A stretch of DNA of 26,803 nt from Saprospiraceae bacterium (lineage in GTDB: Bacteria > Bacteroidota > Bacteroidia > Chitinophagales > Saprospiraceae): contig JBIPOY010000001.1 of assembly GCA_044378705.1 (NCBI GenBank), forward strand, positions 1 to 26,803, read 5' to 3'. Positions 23,821 through 26,803 of the stretch are shown here, in pieces. The translations under genes were made by a program, and so were the position numbers. Under the pieces are notes generated by a model that made no database searches, was not told the DNA's origin, and saw only the letters and a list, made by a program, of their open reading frames with translations. The first letter of the stretch is position 1. Each line of letters starts with the position of its first letter.

Positions 23821-24759
23821 ATGAATGCTCTCCGTGAAACAAATTTCCAACTTCCCGGCCAAACGGCCTTTTACCGCGGCAAAGTTCGCGATGTCTATAC
23901 CATCGGTGATCGATTGATTATGGTCGCCAGTGACCGGATCTCTGCTTTCGACCACATCTTACCACGCCCAATCCCTTATAAAGGTGCGGTACTCAATCAA
24001 ATTGCTGCCTATTTTCTCGAAGCCACCCGCGATATTTGCCCCAATTGGTTGATTTCCAACCCAGACCCCAATGTCGCCATCGGCCACCGCTGTGAGCCTG
24101 TGCGTGTCGAAATGGTGATTCGGGGTTACATGGCTGGTCATGCAGCTCGTACTTATGCCGACGGGCTTCGTACCCTTTGCGGGATAGATTTACCGGAGGG
24201 CTTGCGGGAAAATGATCGTTTTGAAGCGCCCATCATCACACCAACCACAAAAGCTGACGAAGGGCATGATGAAGATATTTCAAGAGCAGAAATATTGGCG
24301 CGGGGCATCGTGGGTGAGGAAGATTACGCCCAAATGGAAGTTTATACACGGGCTTTGTTCCAAAGAGGCACCGAAATGGCTGCTAAACAGGGGCTTATTC
24401 TCGTGGATACGAAATATGAATTCGGCAAACGCGATGGAAAAATCGTGTTGATGGATGAGATACATACGCCCGACAGTTCACGCTACTTTTATGCCCATGG
24501 TTACGCCGAACGACAGGCCAATGGTGAGAAACAAAAACAATTGAGCAAAGAGTTCGTCCGCGAATGGCTGATGGCCAATGGTTTTCAGGGAAAAGAGTTC
24601 CAAATAATGCCAACGATGCCCGATGATTTTGTCAACGAAATCACAGAACGATACGTTGAATTGTATGAAAAAGTGACCGGAAAGGCGTTTGTACGCGACC
24701 CATCAACAGACATTGCCAGACGAATTGAGCAAAATATCTTGAAGACGCTCGTATTATAA
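23821..24759 (+). CDS. purC: Phosphoribosylaminoimidazolesuccinocarboxamide (SAICAR) synthase
   Basis: [45 protein letters not shown] and [11 protein letters not shown] motifs; ATG at 23821 preferred over the track start at 23791. Confidence 0.97.
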   Translation: MNALRETNFQLPGQTAFYRGKVRDVYTIGDRLIMVASDRISAFDHILPRPIPYKGAVLNQIAAYFLEATRDICPNWLISNPDPNVAIGHRCEPVRVEMVIRGYMAGHAARTYADGLRTLCGIDLPEGLRENDRFEAPIITPTTKADEGHDEDISRAEILARGIVGEEDYAQMEVYTRALFQRGTEMAAKQGLILVDTKYEFGKRDGKIVLMDEIHTPDSSRYFYAHGYAERQANGEKQKQLSKEFVREWLMANGFQGKEFQIMPTMPDDFVNEITERYVELYEKVTGKAFVRDPSTDIARRIEQNILKTLVL

Positions 24760-24763
24760 GTCT

Positions 24764-25552
24764 TCACAAGCAGTCCCAATCGTAAAGTACCCTCGAAAAA
24801 TCTTGGGCGATGAGGTCTTTTTCTCGAATGAAAAAGTGACCAACCCCCATGTCTCCCCACATCAAGTCCATCGTTTCATCAGAATCGAGTTGGAGCAACA
24901 GCATCATAGGATCTTCCGGGCGACGCGGATCATCTTGGGTAAAATAGGCATAACCTCCCATCCGATGCCCGTCTGAGCGAACAGCTTTTCCAAAATCTTC
25001 CATGACATCCCACTCTCTCTCCCCAAATTGTCTGAAAAAATCACCACCAAATTTGTTGTAGTATTCATAATCTGTAACGGGTACTACAGACTCGTCTAAT
25101 TGAAAGGTAAGGGGATATGACTCCTCCGGGTGGTGGGGTAAGTCTTCATACGTGCGTAACGCAGGAAAAGACGCCTGCAATAGAGCCATGTTCTCCACCA
25201 CATCAGGATGAAACATCACCCGAAACGTGTCCTGGTTTTCACCATCATCGAAGTCCATCCCATACAGGTCGTCGTCATTGACAAAAAACTGAACAATACC
25301 GCGGGTGGGAAATGGCGCAAGTGCCGGAATTTCGGCAAAATTTATCTGTGCCAAAAAAAATAACTCTTTCCCATCGGGAGCACAAGGCCAAACAGCATCC
25401 ATGGGAAAATACGGAACTCCCCCCACTTTACTTTCCCAGCGTTTTGTTTCGCGTGACGGGTTTGATTTCACCCGAACAAAAGGCTTAACCGTTTGGGATA
25501 ATTTTTCGCGAAAGGGCTCCATGGCCGCTGGAAGAGAGCATTGTAAAGACAT
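24764..25552 (-). CDS. YwqG family / DUF1963 protein
   Basis: SKVGGVPY, FLAQINFAEIP, HRMGGYAYFTQDDPR, LLQLDSD and MWGDMGVGHFFI...DFSRVLYDWDC motifs. Confidence 0.88.
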   Translation of the reverse strand: MSLQCSLPAAMEPFREKLSQTVKPFVRVKSNPSRETKRWESKVGGVPYFPMDAVWPCAPDGKELFFLAQINFAEIPALAPFPTRGIVQFFVNDDDLYGMDFDDGENQDTFRVMFHPDVVENMALLQASFPALRTYEDLPHHPEESYPLTFQLDESVVPVTDYEYYNKFGGDFFRQFGEREWDVMEDFGKAVRSDGHRMGGYAYFTQDDPRRPEDPMMLLLQLDSDETMDLMWGDMGVGHFFIREKDLIAQDFSRVLYDWDCL

Positions 25553-25581
25553 ACGTACGGTTAATCTTTATTCGAGAACTA

Positions 25582-26803
25582 CTACGAAAAAATAAGGTAC
25601 ACGACCCAAGCGCAGCAATACGCCAATCCACTCATGAAAAAAAACTGAAAGCCAGCCCATTTCCAACTTCCCGTCTCCCGACGTACCACAGCCAAGGTAC
25701 TCATACATTGCATGGCCAAGGCGTAAAAAACCAAAAGGGAAAGTACTGTGGCAAAGGTATAAACAGGCTTACCCGTGTCGAGGAAGGTTTCTTTTCGCAT
25801 TTTTTCCCGCAATGTCGCTTTGGCTTCATTGTCGGCCCTGTCGTTGATACCGCCTTCCGCAGAACCCATGTTGTACAAGACCGCCAAAGTTCCCGTAAAG
25901 ACTTCACGGGCAGCAAAAGACGTAAGCAAGGCGATACCAATTTTCCAATCATAACCCAGCGGCCGGATCACAGGCTCTATACCCTTTCCCATTTGACCCG
26001 CCCAAGAAGCCTCTAGTTCCCGCTGCTTGATAAAATCCTCGGTATGCGTGGTGTCAAGTTGTAACGCACCGGCTTGCGCCAACGCATCTACTCGCGCCTC
26101 CTCCATAGAACGGCCTGGTCCGAAACGGGACAACGCCCACAAGGCAATAGAAACAACCACGATGATTTTTCCCGCACCAATGATAAAGGCCGTCACTTTT
26201 TCCCAAACCGTGAGCCAAACATTTTTCCAAAAAGGCATTCTGTAAACCGGCAACTCAATGGCCAAAAAGGATGATTCCCGCGTGCGCAGCCAACGTTTCA
26301 TGGCCCAGCCTGAAAGCAGTGCGGCAAAAACGCCAAGGGCATACATAGCACCAAAAACAAGGGACTGTGCGCTCAAAAAGCCGAAAATCCTGACCTTCGG
26401 TACCGCAAGTCCTATCAGCACGAGGTACACCGGAATACGCGCACTGCAACTGATGAAAGGCGTTACCAAAACCGTGATAAGCCGTTCTTTCCAATTCCCA
26501 ATCGTACGCGAGCTCATAATGGCCGGAACGGCACAGGCAGAACCTCCTATGAGCGCCACGACACTCCTGCCATTCATTCCAAACCGCCGCATTGTTTTGT
26601 CAAACATAAACACCACCCTCGCCATATAACCAACCTCCTCTAGTATGGTAACTAGGAAAAAAAGCAAGGCAATTTGTGGTACAAACACCAAAATACCACT
26701 CAAACCGGCCAAAACACCCTCCGTCAGCAGTTCCGTCAACCAATTGTCTGGAAATCTTGCCTCAATCAAATCTGTCAACATCGAAAACCCCGCCTCAATC
26801 AAA
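25582..26803 (-). CDS. feoB: Ferrous iron transporter FeoB, membrane (gate and C-terminal) portion; 5' part lies outside the window
   Basis: ILEEVGYMARVVF, GSACAVPAIMSSRTI, PFISCSARIPVY, ELPVYRMP, SFAAREVF and MQCMSTLAV motifs. Confidence 0.95.
   Translation of the reverse strand, partial: LIEAGFSMLTDLIEARFPDNWLTELLTEGVLAGLSGILVFVPQIALLFFLVTILEEVGYMARVVFMFDKTMRRFGMNGRSVVALIGGSACAVPAIMSSRTIGNWKERLITVLVTPFISCSARIPVYLVLIGLAVPKVRIFGFLSAQSLVFGAMYALGVFAALLSGWAMKRWLRTRESSFLAIELPVYRMPFWKNVWLTVWEKVTAFIIGAGKIIVVVSIALWALSRFGPGRSMEEARVDALAQAGALQLDTTHTEDFIKQRELEASWAGQMGKGIEPVIRPLGYDWKIGIALLTSFAAREVFTGTLAVLYNMGSAEGGINDRADNEAKATLREKMRKETFLDTGKPVYTFATVLSLLVFYALAMQCMSTLAVVRRETGSWKWAGFQFFFMSGLAYCCAWVVYLIFS

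Noticed and set aside
845-26629. The many short overlapping or antisense ORFs in the six-frame track (for example 1166-1546, 4118-4603, 8044-8463, 19087-19515, 26258-26629)
   Set aside because: They are shadows of well-supported genes, with no recognisable motifs or independent promoter/terminator context

Overview
Core-chromosome window of a Bacteroidota bacterium. The taxonomy is inferred from the GldN homologue, the LpxC-FabZ fusion, the long Bacteroidota-type PurF and TAnnTTTG-type -7 promoter boxes. It holds about 21 mostly housekeeping genes: GH3 C-terminus, dsbD, rpmH (too short for the ORF track), rnpA, a di-heme cytochrome c peroxidase/MauG-family lipoprotein, bacilliredoxin, a stand-alone gldN, a HAD phosphatase, glutaryl-CoA dehydrogenase, lpxC/fabZ-lpxA-ABC ATPase, a PD40/OmpA protein, a GH2 beta-mannosidase, an orphan RND permease, a fatty acid hydroxylase, purF/purC, a YwqG/DUF1963 protein and partial feoB. 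No tRNA, rRNA, CRISPR array, transposase or phage gene was seen. The most interesting signal is non-coding: (1) a dispersed 74-80 bp hairpin repeat with GTAAC...GTTAC ends in six intergenic regions, with all five asymmetric copies in the same orientation regardless of neighbouring gene direction; (2) a canonical parS site at the exact centre of a perfect 66-bp loop-less palindrome; (3) smaller candidate regulatory elements (a purC operator-like palindrome, a possible sRNA, possible leaderless mRNAs). All assignments come from reading motifs by eye; no database search was run.
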